A DNA stretch of 64,000 nt from Gemmatimonadales bacterium (lineage in GTDB: Bacteria; Gemmatimonadota; Gemmatimonadetes; Gemmatimonadales; GWC2-71-9): positions 45,577-109,576 of the forward strand of contig DASUJH010000028.1 of the NCBI GenBank assembly GCA_036279355.1, read 5' to 3'. Shown here piece by piece: positions 8,837-18,390 of this stretch. Made by a program: the position numbers and the translations under genes. Below the pieces are notes generated by a model. It was given only the letters and a program-made list of their open reading frames with translations. It ran no database searches and was not told the DNA's origin. The number at the start of each line of letters is the position of its first letter. The first letter of the stretch is position 1.

Positions 8837-9517
8837 TCACGCGCTCCTCTCGCCGCCTTCGGGCTGACCGCCTTCGGGATGACCGCCTTCGTGGCCCCCC
8901 GGCGCCGGCGCGGCGCCGGCCGCCTCGGCCGGGCGCTCCCATTCGCGCTCAATTTCATCGGTAGCGCGGCGGAGGATCTCGACCACGCGAAGGATCGAGG
9001 GGTGGTCGGGCCCGCGGCGCCAGGCCCGCTTGTAAGTGACGGCTGCGAGGCGCGCGAAGGCGGAGTTGAGCTCACCCATCGAGCCGCCGGCCACGTCGCG
9101 CAGCGTATCGCGCACCCGATCGAACATCTCCTCGATCACGTCGCGGTGCTCGTCGAGGAACTGCTCGCCCTCGGGCGTGATGTGATAGACGCGGCGGCCC
9201 TCGCTTTCCACCGCGCGCACGTAGCCCTGATCCTCCAGCATCTGGAGGGTGGGATAGACGGTGCCGGCTGATGGTGTGTAGTGCCCGCGCATCCGCTCCT
9301 CGAGTGCTTTCATGATCTCGTAGCCGTGGCGCGGTTTTTCGCGGAGGAGGCGGAGGATGACGAACTTCACCTCGCCGGACTCGAACATCTGCCCGCGGGG
9401 ACGGCCGCTCCTCCGGGCGCCAGCGCCCCAGCCTGCGCCCCAGTTGAAGCCGAATGGGCCGGGGCCGCAGCCGGCGAAGAGATCGCCGAACCCCCAATCG
9501 TCACGCTGCTTGGTCAT
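8837..9517 (-). CDS. PadR-family transcriptional regulator with an extended C-terminal domain
   Basis: FVILRLLREKPRHGYEIMKALEERMRGHYTPSAGTVYPTLQMLEDQGYV is the PadR winged helix. The start MTKQRDD has a GAGGG Shine-Dalgarno. Confidence 0.85.
   Translation of the reverse strand: MTKQRDDWGFGDLFAGCGPGPFGFNWGAGWGAGARRSGRPRGQMFESGEVKFVILRLLREKPRHGYEIMKALEERMRGHYTPSAGTVYPTLQMLEDQGYVRAVESEGRRVYHITPEGEQFLDEHRDVIEEMFDRVRDTLRDVAGGSMGELNSAFARLAAVTYKRAWRRGPDHPSILRVVEILRRATDEIEREWERPAEAAGAAPAPGGHEGGHPEGGQPEGGERSA
8851..8895 (-). repeat. three imperfect 15-nt tandem repeats inside the padR 3' end
   Basis: The units are cgccgccttcgggct / gaccgccttcgggat / gaccgccttcgtggc. They encode a GHEGG-HPEGG-QPEGG pentapeptide repeat. 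Confidence 0.7.
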
Positions 9518-9740
9518 GGTGCTACCCTCTGTATATCTGGAGTAATTGTGCGCGATATATCGTAAGATATGGCCCAAGAGCTGTCAACGGTTCGCGCCGG
9601 GCCAACCCGGCCGCCGAGCTCGAGAGGCCCGCGCGGAAACAGCCGGGAAAGCGCGGACATGGCGCCGCCGCCCAGCGTGCCGCCCGACGGCATGATACCT
9701 TTGCCGGCATGCACACCTTCATCACGAACGGGGTCGCGCG

Positions 9741-9998
9741 ATGAACCGCGACGAATTGCGCGGCACACTCGAGCGGCTGCACGCGGAGCTCGCGAGCACG
9801 CCGGCGGTGGACGAGCGCACCCGCACGATGCTCGAGCAACTGCAGGCCGACGTGCGCGGCGTGCTCGCGAGCGAGTCACCCGATGCAAGACTCCGGGACC
9901 GGCTGGAGCACGCGTTCGTGCAGTTCGAGGCGTCGTACCCGAGCCTCGCGCGGAGCCTGGCGCAGGTGATCGATACCCTCGGCGTGTGGGGCATCTAG
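9741..9998 (+). CDS. DUF4404-like small protein
   Basis: LERLHAELAST...LEHAFVQFEASYPSLARSLAQVIDTLGVWGI resembles DUF4404 as I recall the family. Confidence 0.6.
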   Translation: MNRDELRGTLERLHAELASTPAVDERTRTMLEQLQADVRGVLASESPDARLRDRLEHAFVQFEASYPSLARSLAQVIDTLGVWGI

Positions 9999-10234
9999 CG
10001 CGGGCCGCCCGGTGAGTGGCACGGATGGTGAACTGCGACACTCCGATCCGAGCCGGCAAATTTTGAGTCCTTGAATCAAACCGCATTGTCTACAACGGCT
10101 TCGGGCGGCATCACGGTCGCCTGGGGCTGCCGCCATGTGGAGGTTCGCCGGCCCACGGGCGTCGCGCCGACGCCTGACGCGTTGCGCCGGCACGACGTTT
10201 CGGCGCGCGCCGGTGCCACCTCTTTCGAGCGACA

Positions 10235-12232
10235 ATGCCCGCGACCACCTGCGCCGGATGTGGGGCCGCCCTCGATCCGCGAGACCTGAGCCGCTGCGCC
10301 GCCTGCGGCGCCAGCGTGAGCGCCGCCGCGCCCGCCGCCGACTCGGAGGAATTGGCGGCACTCCGCGCCGACACCGTCGGCCACTACGACATCATGGGCG
10401 AGCTCGGCCGCGGCGGTATGGCCACGGTCTATCTCGCGCACGACATCGCGCTCGATCGCAAGGTGGCGATCAAGGTGATGTCGCCGGCGCTTGCGGCGGG
10501 CGACGGCGTCGAACGCTTCACGCGCGAGGCCCGGACCGCGGCCGCGCTCAGCCACCCCAATATCATCCCGATCTACGCGGTCCGGCACACCGACCGGCTG
10601 CTCTATTTCGTGATGAAGTACGTCAACGGCCGCCCGCTCGACACGATCGTTCGCGAGCTGGGTCCGCTGCCGATCCCCATGGTGCAGGCGATCCTCGGGC
10701 AAGTGGCGAGCGCGTTCGGCTACGCCCACCGGCACGGCGTCGTGCACCGCGACATCAAACCCGGCAACATGCTGATCGACGAAGAGGGCTGGGTAGCGGT
10801 CACCGACTTCGGCATCGCCAAGGTGGCCGAGTCGGAGCAGCTCACAACGACGGGGCTCGCGGTGGGGACGCCGACCTACATGAGCCCGGAACAGGTGACA
10901 GCCGGGCCGGTGAGCGGGGCCTCGGATCAGTATTCGCTGGGCGTGGTCGCGTACGAGATGCTCACCGGCAAGCCGCCGTTCCAGGGCGGCGGGGCCATGG
11001 CGATGATGTACGCGCACGTGCATCAGCCGCTGCCGCCGATCGAGCGTGCCGACTGTCCCGATGCGCTGCGTGACGCCGTCATGCGCATGCTCGCGAAGGA
11101 GCCGGCGGACCGGTGGCCGTCGGTGGAAGACGCTGTGGGCGCGATCGGCGCGGCACCGGCGGCGCTCGACGACTCGACGCGGAGCCAGCTGATCGCGCTC
11201 GCGCGGACCGGCGCGGAGGAGCAGCTCGCGGGCGTGGCGCGGACGCCAAGGAGTCCGATCCCACTGGTGCGGACACCGGCGCCGCGGGCGACGACGCCGG
11301 CGCCGGCCGCCGCGCCTGCCGGCGCACCGCCGGTACGCGGAGTGTCGCGGCGCGCATCGCCGATATCGCTCGTGCTGGCCGCGAGCGGGGTTGCCATCGG
11401 GATTGGATCGCTGTGGGTCGTGGCGCATGGGCGCGCGGCGCGCGGCGGGGAGACGGCCACGCCGGCGACGGTCGCGCGTCCGGCGGCGGCCGGCGCGGTC
11501 ATGCCGGGTGATTCGCTGAGCCGGCTCGCGGGGCCTGCGTCGATGCCAGCCGGAGGGGCGATGCTAGCGTCGGGGCCTCCGCCGACAAGCACACAGTCGG
11601 CTCCGCCCCCGATGCTAGCATCGCCCCTCCGGCCGGCGAAGATTGAGCCGAGACCGAGCAATGTGCGGGCAAAGCGCACGAGTACGCCTGCCGATCGCGA
11701 TGGCGCCCATGGCGCGACAGCGACCGCTGCGCAGCCAACGAGCGCGGCGCAATCGCCGGCCCCAGCGCCCACGACGACGCCCGGAGTAGCATCGGAACCG
11801 GCGCAACCGGCGGCGCGGGATGCGCAACCGATCTCCGGTGCCATGGCGCTCCTCGGCATCCGCGCGCCCGCCATGCAGGCGGCGCCCGAAAATCCCGACG
11901 TGCGCGCCGTGGAGAGTGCGATCAGATCCTATGCGGCGGCGCTCGAGGCCGGGAATGCGGCGGAGGCCAGGCGGATCTTTCCCGCGATGTCCGACGCGGA
12001 GCATGCACACTTCGCGAATCTGTTTGCGTCGGGCGGGCGGGTGAGCACCAAATGGAAGGTGTCCGACGTCGTCATCACCGGCGATTCGGCCACGGTGCGG
12101 GTACGTGGCCGCACCCGTGCGGCACCCGCGACCGGTACCGCGACCGACGAGAAACTGGACGTGCGGGCCGTGGTCGAGCGGAGCAGTGGCGCCTGGCGCC
12201 TCCGCACGTTCGGGGCGCCGGAGCTCCGCTGA
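10235..12232 (+). CDS. Ser/Thr protein kinase with an N-terminal zinc ribbon, one TM helix and a C-terminal NTF2-like domain
   Basis: CAGC-x11-CAAC sits at the N-terminus. Kinase motifs are GRGGMATVYLA, HRDIKPGNMLI, DFGIAK and GTPTYMSPEQ. A TM helix ISLVLAASGVAIGIGSLWVV and a Pro/Ala-rich linker follow. The C-terminus IRSYAAALEAGNAAEARRIF...AWRL looks like a SnoaL/NTF2 fold. Confidence 0.9.
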   Translation: MPATTCAGCGAALDPRDLSRCAACGASVSAAAPAADSEELAALRADTVGHYDIMGELGRGGMATVYLAHDIALDRKVAIKVMSPALAAGDGVERFTREARTAAALSHPNIIPIYAVRHTDRLLYFVMKYVNGRPLDTIVRELGPLPIPMVQAILGQVASAFGYAHRHGVVHRDIKPGNMLIDEEGWVAVTDFGIAKVAESEQLTTTGLAVGTPTYMSPEQVTAGPVSGASDQYSLGVVAYEMLTGKPPFQGGGAMAMMYAHVHQPLPPIERADCPDALRDAVMRMLAKEPADRWPSVEDAVGAIGAAPAALDDSTRSQLIALARTGAEEQLAGVARTPRSPIPLVRTPAPRATTPAPAAAPAGAPPVRGVSRRASPISLVLAASGVAIGIGSLWVVAHGRAARGGETATPATVARPAAAGAVMPGDSLSRLAGPASMPAGGAMLASGPPPTSTQSAPPPMLASPLRPAKIEPRPSNVRAKRTSTPADRDGAHGATATAAQPTSAAQSPAPAPTTTPGVASEPAQPAARDAQPISGAMALLGIRAPAMQAAPENPDVRAVESAIRSYAAALEAGNAAEARRIFPAMSDAEHAHFANLFASGGRVSTKWKVSDVVITGDSATVRVRGRTRAAPATGTATDEKLDVRAVVERSSGAWRLRTFGAPELR

Positions 12233-12330
12233 ACGACTCGCCCGCTTCTCGACCTCCGCCCGAGCGGCAGGTGTCCGCGCGCGGCGTGGCGTTCCGGGCG
12301 CGCGAGCTGCTCACCCGATAACTTCGACGT

Positions 12331-12855
12331 ATGACCGACCTGCGTTACCCCATCGGGACATTCGAGCCGCCGGTCCGCTCCGAGCCCTACGAGCGCCAGG
12401 CGCGCATCGCGCAGATTGCGCAGGCGCCGGCCGCGCTTCGCCGCGTGGTCTCGGGGCTCTCCGACGCACAGCTCGACACTCCGTACCGACCCGGTGGCTG
12501 GACCGTGCGCCAGGTGGCGCATCATCTGCCCGACAGCCACCTGAACGCCTACATGCGGATGCGGCTCGCGCTGACCGAGGACGAACCGGCGATCAAGTCG
12601 TATGCCGAGGAACGGTGGGCCGAGCTGCCCGACGCGCGGGGCGCGCCGGTGGAGCTGTCGCTCGCGCTGCTCGACGCGCTGCACGCGCGCTGGATGCTGC
12701 TCCTTGGCGCGCTCGAGCCGGTGCACTTTGCCCGTGCGTACCGCCACCCGGAAATGGGACGCGTGCCGCTCGATATGGCCATCGCGCTCTATGCCTGGCA
12801 CGGGCGCCATCACGTCGCGCACATCTCTACTCTCCGTGAGCGCATGGGATGGTAG
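12331..12855 (+). CDS. YfiT/DinB-family metal-dependent hydrolase (bacillithiol-transferase-like)
   Basis: YPIGTFEPP...GGWTVRQVAHHLPDSHLNAYMRMRL...ALYAWHGRHHVAHI carries the His triad pattern. Confidence 0.85.
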   Translation: MTDLRYPIGTFEPPVRSEPYERQARIAQIAQAPAALRRVVSGLSDAQLDTPYRPGGWTVRQVAHHLPDSHLNAYMRMRLALTEDEPAIKSYAEERWAELPDARGAPVELSLALLDALHARWMLLLGALEPVHFARAYRHPEMGRVPLDMAIALYAWHGRHHVAHISTLRERMGW

Positions 12856-12865
12856 TCCCCGCTCG

Positions 12866-13645
12866 GTGACCCAGCCGCCCGACGCCTGGGCGGCGTTCCG
12901 GCAGCTCACGCCCGCCCGCATCGGGCTCGGGCGCGCGGGCGTGAGCCTCCCCACCCGCGCACATCTCGATTTTCAACTCGCCCACGCCCGGGCCCGCGAT
13001 GCGGTGCACCTCGCATTGGATGCCGCGGCGCTCGCGACGGAGCTCGCGCGTGCGCTCGCACATACAGGGATCGACATTGCGACGGTCCGAAGTGCCGCGC
13101 GCGACCGGACCGAATACTTGCAGCGCCCCGACCTCGGGCGCCGCCTCGACGATGCTTCACGCGCGCGGCTCTCGACCTGCGCCGCTGGCGAGGCGGCGCC
13201 GCCCGACGTCGCCTTCGTCGTGGCGGACGGACTCTCGGCCGCTGCCGCGAGCCGGCACGCCGCGCCGGTACTCGAGCGTCTCGTTCCGCGGCTTGCAGTT
13301 TCGGAATGGCGCATTGCGCCGGTCGCCGTGGCCGAGCAGGGGCGGGTGGCGTTGGGCGACGAGATCGGCGAGCTGCTCGGCGCGCCGCTGGCGCTGGTGC
13401 TGCTCGGCGAGCGGCCCGGGCTCTCTTCGCCCGATAGCCTCGGCGCCTATCTCACGTGGGCGCCGACGCCCGGGCGGCGCGATGCGGAGCGGAACTGCGT
13501 CTCCAACATCCGACCCGAGGGGCTCGGCTATGCGGCGGCAGCCGATCGACTGCTGTTTTTCCTGACGGAAGCGCGGCGGCGCCGGCTCACCGGCATCGCG
13601 CTCAAGGACGAGTGGGCGCTGCCCGGCGCGGCCGCCGGCGGGTGA
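12866..13645 (+). CDS. eutC: ethanolamine ammonia-lyase small subunit
   Basis: LTPARIGLGRAGVSLPT, YLQRPDLGRRL, VVADGLSA, LLGERPGLSSPDSLGAYLTW and RNCVSNIRPEGL are colinear with E. coli EutC as I recall it. The GTG at 12866 is the first in-frame start after the yfiT stop. Confidence 0.8.
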   Translation: MTQPPDAWAAFRQLTPARIGLGRAGVSLPTRAHLDFQLAHARARDAVHLALDAAALATELARALAHTGIDIATVRSAARDRTEYLQRPDLGRRLDDASRARLSTCAAGEAAPPDVAFVVADGLSAAAASRHAAPVLERLVPRLAVSEWRIAPVAVAEQGRVALGDEIGELLGAPLALVLLGERPGLSSPDSLGAYLTWAPTPGRRDAERNCVSNIRPEGLGYAAAADRLLFFLTEARRRRLTGIALKDEWALPGAAAGG

Positions 13646-13646
13646 G

Positions 13647-14063
13647 TCAGTGGGGGCCGCCGCGCGGCGCGAGCAGGTCGCGCAGCCGGCGCACGAGCTG
13701 CTCGCCGGTGAACGGCTTGTAGAGAATGGGAACGCCGGGGTACAGCCGACCGGCGGTGGTCATCCGGTCCCGCGGGTATCCCGTCATGTAGAGCACGCGG
13801 ATGTGCGACCAGCACTCGGCGATGGCCGCGGCGAGCTGGCGGCCGTCCATGCGCGGCATCACCACGTCGGTCACCACCGCGGCGATGTCGCCGCTGTCCC
13901 GCCGCAGACGTTCGAGGGCGGCGACTCCGTCCGGCGCTTCGACCACACGGAAGCCACCATCGAGCAGCATGCGGGCGACGAGCCGACGTACCACTTCCTC
14001 GTCATCCACGACGAGAATCGTCTCGCCACTCACGACGTGCCGGGCGGGCGGAGGCGCATCCAT
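13647..14063 (-). CDS. single-domain response regulator (receiver only)
   Basis: ILVVDDEEVVRR, VVTDVVMPRMDG, VLYMTGY and LYKPF give a complete DD/D/T/K receiver signature with no output domain. Confidence 0.85.
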   Translation of the reverse strand: MDAPPPARHVVSGETILVVDDEEVVRRLVARMLLDGGFRVVEAPDGVAALERLRRDSGDIAAVVTDVVMPRMDGRQLAAAIAECWSHIRVLYMTGYPRDRMTTAGRLYPGVPILYKPFTGEQLVRRLRDLLAPRGGPH

Positions 14064-14259
14064 TGCGTGCCTGAGCGGGCGCGGTGCAGGGCTTCGATCG
14101 ACGTTGAGTTGAGTGGGCGAGGGCCAACATAGGACCCGGTCGGGCCCGGAGCAAGTACAACGGCGAAAACGAATTCGCGGCGGCCGGGCGATTGCCAATC
14201 CGCCGCCCCGGTGTACTATAGTCCGGGCGTGGCGCGGGCCTGCCCGCAACGTGACACCA

Positions 14260-14541
14260 ATGGTACGATCGATGCTCCAGCAGATTACCGACTGCCATTC
14301 GAATCCGCGCCCGGCGCCACGCCTTGCCGATGCCGGTCACCACGGCAAGTCGGTGGAAGCGCGGGTGAAACCGGCCTGGGTGTCGCTCTACCCCAACGTG
14401 GATCCGCTCGTCTGGTATCCGGTGCTGCTCAAGGGAGAGTTCCGGGACGATCTGGAGGGCTTCTGGGTGCAGCTCGAGGGCCGGGTGACGTACGTGCTCG
14501 CCCGACACTTCGACGTGCGCGCGCAAGAATCCCGGCATTGA
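14260..14541 (+). CDS. hypothetical small protein; start uncertain (ATG at 14260 or 14272, or an internal GTG)
   Basis: Third-position GC is high in the segment KPAWVSLYPNVDPLVWYPVLLKGEFRDDLEGFWVQLEGRVTYVLARHFDV. I recognise no family. Confidence 0.35.
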   Translation: MVRSMLQQITDCHSNPRPAPRLADAGHHGKSVEARVKPAWVSLYPNVDPLVWYPVLLKGEFRDDLEGFWVQLEGRVTYVLARHFDVRAQESRH

Positions 14542-14544
14542 GCA

Positions 14545-15003
14545 TCACCTAGCGCCGCCTGCGCCTTCGCCGCCCGCGCCTTCGATGAGGGAGCGCAGCC
14601 GCGCGAGCAATTGATCGGACGTGAACGGCTTGAAAATGAGCGGCCGCGGCGGGGCGAGCGGTCCGGTGCCCGCGGAGCGGAGCGCCGCGTAGCCGGTCAT
14701 GTAGAGCACGCGGATGTGCGGCCAGCGCCGCTCGATGATTGCTCCGAGATCGCGCCCGTTCATTTCGGCCATCACCACGTCGACCACTGCGGCGCGGATG
14801 CGTGGGGCCTCGCGCTCGAGCCGTTCCACCGCGGCCGCACCACTCGAGGCCTCGATCGCATCGAAGCCCCCCGAGCAGAGCATCCGCGCGGTGAGCTTTC
14901 GCACGGCCTCTTCGTCGTCGACCACGAGAATCGCGCCGGACCCGGCCTGCGCCGCGCGGCCCGTGTCGCGTTGATTTGCCGGTTCTTGCGCCAATGCCAA
15001 CAC
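14545..15003 (-). CDS. single-domain response regulator, paralog of 13647..14063
   Basis: ILVVDDEEAVRK, AVVDVVMAEMNG, VLYMTGY and IFKPF are present, and similarity to the neighbouring receiver is high. Confidence 0.85.
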   Translation of the reverse strand: MLALAQEPANQRDTGRAAQAGSGAILVVDDEEAVRKLTARMLCSGGFDAIEASSGAAAVERLEREAPRIRAAVVDVVMAEMNGRDLGAIIERRWPHIRVLYMTGYAALRSAGTGPLAPPRPLIFKPFTSDQLLARLRSLIEGAGGEGAGGAR

Positions 15004-15304
15004 TCCGCCGTTCTCGCTCCATCGTCGGAGCCGTCCGCCTCCGCGATCGATCTGCGCATCGGCGGCACGGCAAGCGTACCTGGAAAATTCGGAGAACGGC
15101 CGGCGTCCGACCCTTCTCGGCCCAACTCAGCCCGGTGGCCCAGCGGGCGAACAGAACTACCCATGCAGCGTAGAAAGGTTCGGCGCGACGTGCAGTGTTT
15201 CGTCGCGCCTCTTGGTGGCGCGGCCGGTCACACCGCGCGGCGGCACGGGCGCGAGGCGCGTGGGTGACCGTGGTCACCCGTGCGGTGCACCATGCACGAC
15301 GGTG

Positions 15305-16006
15305 TCAGGGTGCGGGCGGGCGAGCGGTGAGAAAGCGGTCGAACCAGGTCGTCGCGAGCTCCGCGACGCGGGCGAGCGTGCCGGGTTCCTCGAAGAGATG
15401 CGAGGCACCCGGCACGATTTCGAGTTGGGCGTGCGCGCGAAGCTCGCGCAGCGCGGTTTCGTTGAGGCGGATGACCGGCACGTCGAGGCTGCCGACCAGG
15501 AGCAGCGTCGGTGCCCGCACCCGCGGGAGCGCCGCCCCAGCGAGGTCGGGCCGGCCGCCGCGCGACACCACCGCGGCCACCGCGCGCGGCCGGATTGCCG
15601 CGGCCACAAGCGCGGCGGCGGCCCCCGTGCTCGCGCCGAAGTAGCCGAGCCGAAGTCCGCGGGTTTCCGGGTCGTGCGCCAGCCAATCCGTCGCGCCGAC
15701 GAGCCGCGAAGCCAGCAGCTGGATGTCGAAGCGGAGATGCCCGGTCCGCTCGTCGACGCGCTCCTCCTCGCGAGTGAGGAGGTCCATGAGCAGCGTCGCG
15801 AGCCCGCCGGAGCGCAGCACCTCGGCCACGTAGCGGTTGCGCGTGCTGTGCCGGCTGCTGCCGCTCCCGTGCGCGAACGCTACGAGGCCGATCGCACCCG
15901 ACGGCACCGCGAGATCCGCTTCGAGTCGGGCGCCCGCCGCCTCGATCTCGACGGTGCGCTCGGCCGTGATCTGCTCGGCCGTGATGCGATCGCGCTCGTC
16001 AGCCAT
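15305..16006 (-). CDS. dienelactone hydrolase-family alpha/beta hydrolase
   Basis: GLVAFAHGSGSSRHSTRNRYVAEVL, LGYFGASTGAAAAL (nucleophile elbow) and GASHLFEEPG are present. Confidence 0.8.
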   Translation of the reverse strand: MADERDRITAEQITAERTVEIEAAGARLEADLAVPSGAIGLVAFAHGSGSSRHSTRNRYVAEVLRSGGLATLLMDLLTREEERVDERTGHLRFDIQLLASRLVGATDWLAHDPETRGLRLGYFGASTGAAAALVAAAIRPRAVAAVVSRGGRPDLAGAALPRVRAPTLLLVGSLDVPVIRLNETALRELRAHAQLEIVPGASHLFEEPGTLARVAELATTWFDRFLTARPPAP

Positions 16007-16024
16007 CGTACGTCCGCCGCCCGT

Positions 16025-16687
16025 TCAGCGGGCCGCTGGGCCGGCGGTGCCCGCGCCGGCCTCCGCGAGCAACGTTCGGACTTCCTCGTCGCTCGTCTGG
16101 GAGAAGTCGCGATACCAGGCGCCGACCGCATGAAATGGCTCGGGCGTCGTGAGGCAGACCACGTCATCGGCCACGGCGCGGAGCGCGCGGCAGGTTTCGC
16201 GCGGCGCGGTGGGCACCGCGACTACGATACGCGCCGGCTGCCTCTGCCGGAGCGCGCGCACCGCCGCTTCCATCGTGGAGCCGGTGGCGAGGCCGTCGTC
16301 AACCAGAATGACGGTGCGCCCCTCGACGGGGGGCGCAGGATGGTCGCCCCGATACGCCTGCTCGCGGCGGGCCAGCTCGTGCTGCTCTTCCCGCGTCACC
16401 TGGTCGATGAGCTCGGGGTCGACCCGCGCCAGCTCCACCACATCGCGGTTGAGCACGCGCAGGCCGCCTGTGGCGACCGCGCCCATGGCCAGCTCTTCGT
16501 GCCCGGGGAGCCCGAGCTTTCGCACGAGGAATACGTCGAGCGGCGCGCCCAAGGCATGGGCGACCTCGAAACCCACCGGCACCCCACCGCGAGGCAGTGC
16601 GAGCACGAGTACGTCGAGCCGGTGCGCGTACGCCGCGAGCGCGCGCGCCAGCCGCTGGCCCGCCTCTTTGCGATTGCGGAACACCAT
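16025..16687 (-). CDS. phosphoribosyltransferase-family protein
   Basis: [12 protein letters not shown] is at the N-terminus, followed by [11 protein letters not shown] and the PRPP loop [14 protein letters not shown]. The start is taken at [10 protein letters not shown]. Confidence 0.85.
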   Translation of the reverse strand: MVFRNRKEAGQRLARALAAYAHRLDVLVLALPRGGVPVGFEVAHALGAPLDVFLVRKLGLPGHEELAMGAVATGGLRVLNRDVVELARVDPELIDQVTREEQHELARREQAYRGDHPAPPVEGRTVILVDDGLATGSTMEAAVRALRQRQPARIVVAVPTAPRETCRALRAVADDVVCLTTPEPFHAVGAWYRDFSQTSDEEVRTLLAEAGAGTAGPAAR

Positions 16688-16872
16688 CACCGGACCGCCT
16701 GCGCGACGTCGAATGCCATGCTCGACAGTGCTCGGCATGCGCAACGCGCGATGTGACCGGGGGCGCCGAATTGCTGCGGTGCCGGTCACCTTGGGCGCCG
16801 GCGCCGTTGGCTAAGGTGGAGGCGGAGCGTGCGACAACGCAAACCTCGACCGGCCACACGCCGGAGGCGATT

Positions 16873-17235
16873 ATGGCGAAGAATGACGAGAGCGGATTCA
16901 CCAGGAGCGGCGCCGCCGTGCCCGGCTCGGATCTCGTGTGGGAAGATGAGGATCGCTACTGGCAGGACAACTTCCAGAATCGGCCCTACGCCCTGGGCAA
17001 CGACTACGAGCGCTACCGGCCGGCCTATCGCTATGGCTTCGAGTCGGCGCGCCATCACATGGGCCGCACTTGGGACCAGTCCGAGCGTGACCTGCGCGCC
17101 GGTTGGGACCGCTACGATTACCGCGGGGAGCATCAGTCCACGTGGGATGACATCAAAGACGCCGTGCGGGACGCCTGGGACCGGGTGACCGGGCACGGCT
17201 CCTCCACCGCGGCCGAGCGGGCCTCCCGCCGTTAG
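16873..17235 (+). CDS. Trp/Tyr/Asp/Arg-rich small hypothetical protein
   Basis: The ATG at 16873 is in frame. The sequence reads YWQDNFQNRPYALGNDYERYRPAYRYGFESARHH...WDDIKDAVRDAWDRV. Confidence 0.55.
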   Translation: MAKNDESGFTRSGAAVPGSDLVWEDEDRYWQDNFQNRPYALGNDYERYRPAYRYGFESARHHMGRTWDQSERDLRAGWDRYDYRGEHQSTWDDIKDAVRDAWDRVTGHGSSTAAERASRR

Positions 17236-17666
17236 ATCGGGACGGGGCGGGGCCGCGCATGCAGCAGGCGGCCCACCGCGCGGACGAGCGCGGACGGAGG
17301 AAAGGGCTTCTGGAGATACGGTGCGCCGGGGTGCAGGATGCCACGGCGCACCGTTTCTTCATGGCTCCACGGTGCGATGTAGAGCACCGGAAGCCACTGC
17401 TGCATGTGCGCGAGCGGGAGGCCGAAGTGATAGTCATCGCACTCGAGCATGGACACGTCGGAAATCAGCAGATCGACGCGTCCGCTCCCCCGGAGCACCC
17501 ACGCCGCTTCGATTCCCCCACGCGCCGGGATCGCCGCATAGCCGGCGCGGCGCAGCACGCGGCAGCTTTCGCCGCGGACCGCTTCCGCCTCGTCCACGAC
17601 GAGGATCGTGGCGCGGCCCCGGTGCACGGGTATGCGTACGACGGCGCGGGGCGAGAGCTCGTCCAT
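17232..17666 (-). CDS. degenerate receiver-domain protein (possible pseudo-receiver)
   Basis: ILVVDEAEAV, LLISDVSM and YLQKPF are retained. The conserved T-G-Y position reads VLYIAPW. Confidence 0.65.
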   Translation of the reverse strand: MDELSPRAVVRIPVHRGRATILVVDEAEAVRGESCRVLRRAGYAAIPARGGIEAAWVLRGSGRVDLLISDVSMLECDDYHFGLPLAHMQQWLPVLYIAPWSHEETVRRGILHPGAPYLQKPFPPSALVRAVGRLLHARPRPVPI

Positions 17667-17879
17667 GCGGTGACCGTTCGAGTGTGAGGGGTGCGGGCCC
17701 AGCATGCCGCAAGTCGGATGCCCGAGGGGCGCGTCCGCGCAGAGAGCATACATCCCGAACAGTGCGGCGACGCTGCCGCGGCGGTCGCGCCACGGGTGAC
17801 CCGTATCACGTTCCGTCCGTGACCGCGCGTATAAGGTGCGGGCACCTCATCAACCCTCAAACCTTGGCAGGGTGCTTCA

Positions 17880-18390
17880 ATGGCGTATTACGACCGCAGT
17901 TTCGAAAATCGACCCTACGGGCGCGACTATTACGGCCGCGACTTCTACGGGCGTGAACCATACGGACGGGAGGATCAGTGGGGCGGCGCATCCCGCGAAG
18001 GCGGGTACGGGAATCAGCCGTGGCAGGGGCGCGAGGGCGGGTACGGGTCGAGCAGCGGGTATGGGTCTGGATACGGCGCTGGCTACGGGTACACGCCCGG
18101 ATACCAGGGCTCCTACACGGGGTACCAGGGTTACAGCCCGGGCGGCTACCAGGGTTGGAGCCCGGGGCAGCAGGGCTGGGGCTATGGTTATCAGGGCTCG
18201 GCGCAGGGATACCAAGGCTCACGCCAGGGGCAGCAGGACTACGGGCAGGGATCGATGGCGCGTGAGGGCTGGGGTTACGGGTCCGCATACGGCCAGGGCT
18301 CGTCGGGCCAGGGCAACTTCTACTCGTCGCAGCGTTCCGGCGGACAGCAGTACATGCCATGGGGCCAGCAGGGCCAGCATGCGGGCCGGG
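17880..18390 (+). repeat. coding low-complexity region (GYG/GYQ/GQQ repeats)
   Basis: YGSSSGYGSGYGAGYGYTPGYQGSYTGYQGYSPGGYQGWSPGQQGWGYGYQGSAQGYQGSRQGQQDYGQG. Confidence 0.8.
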
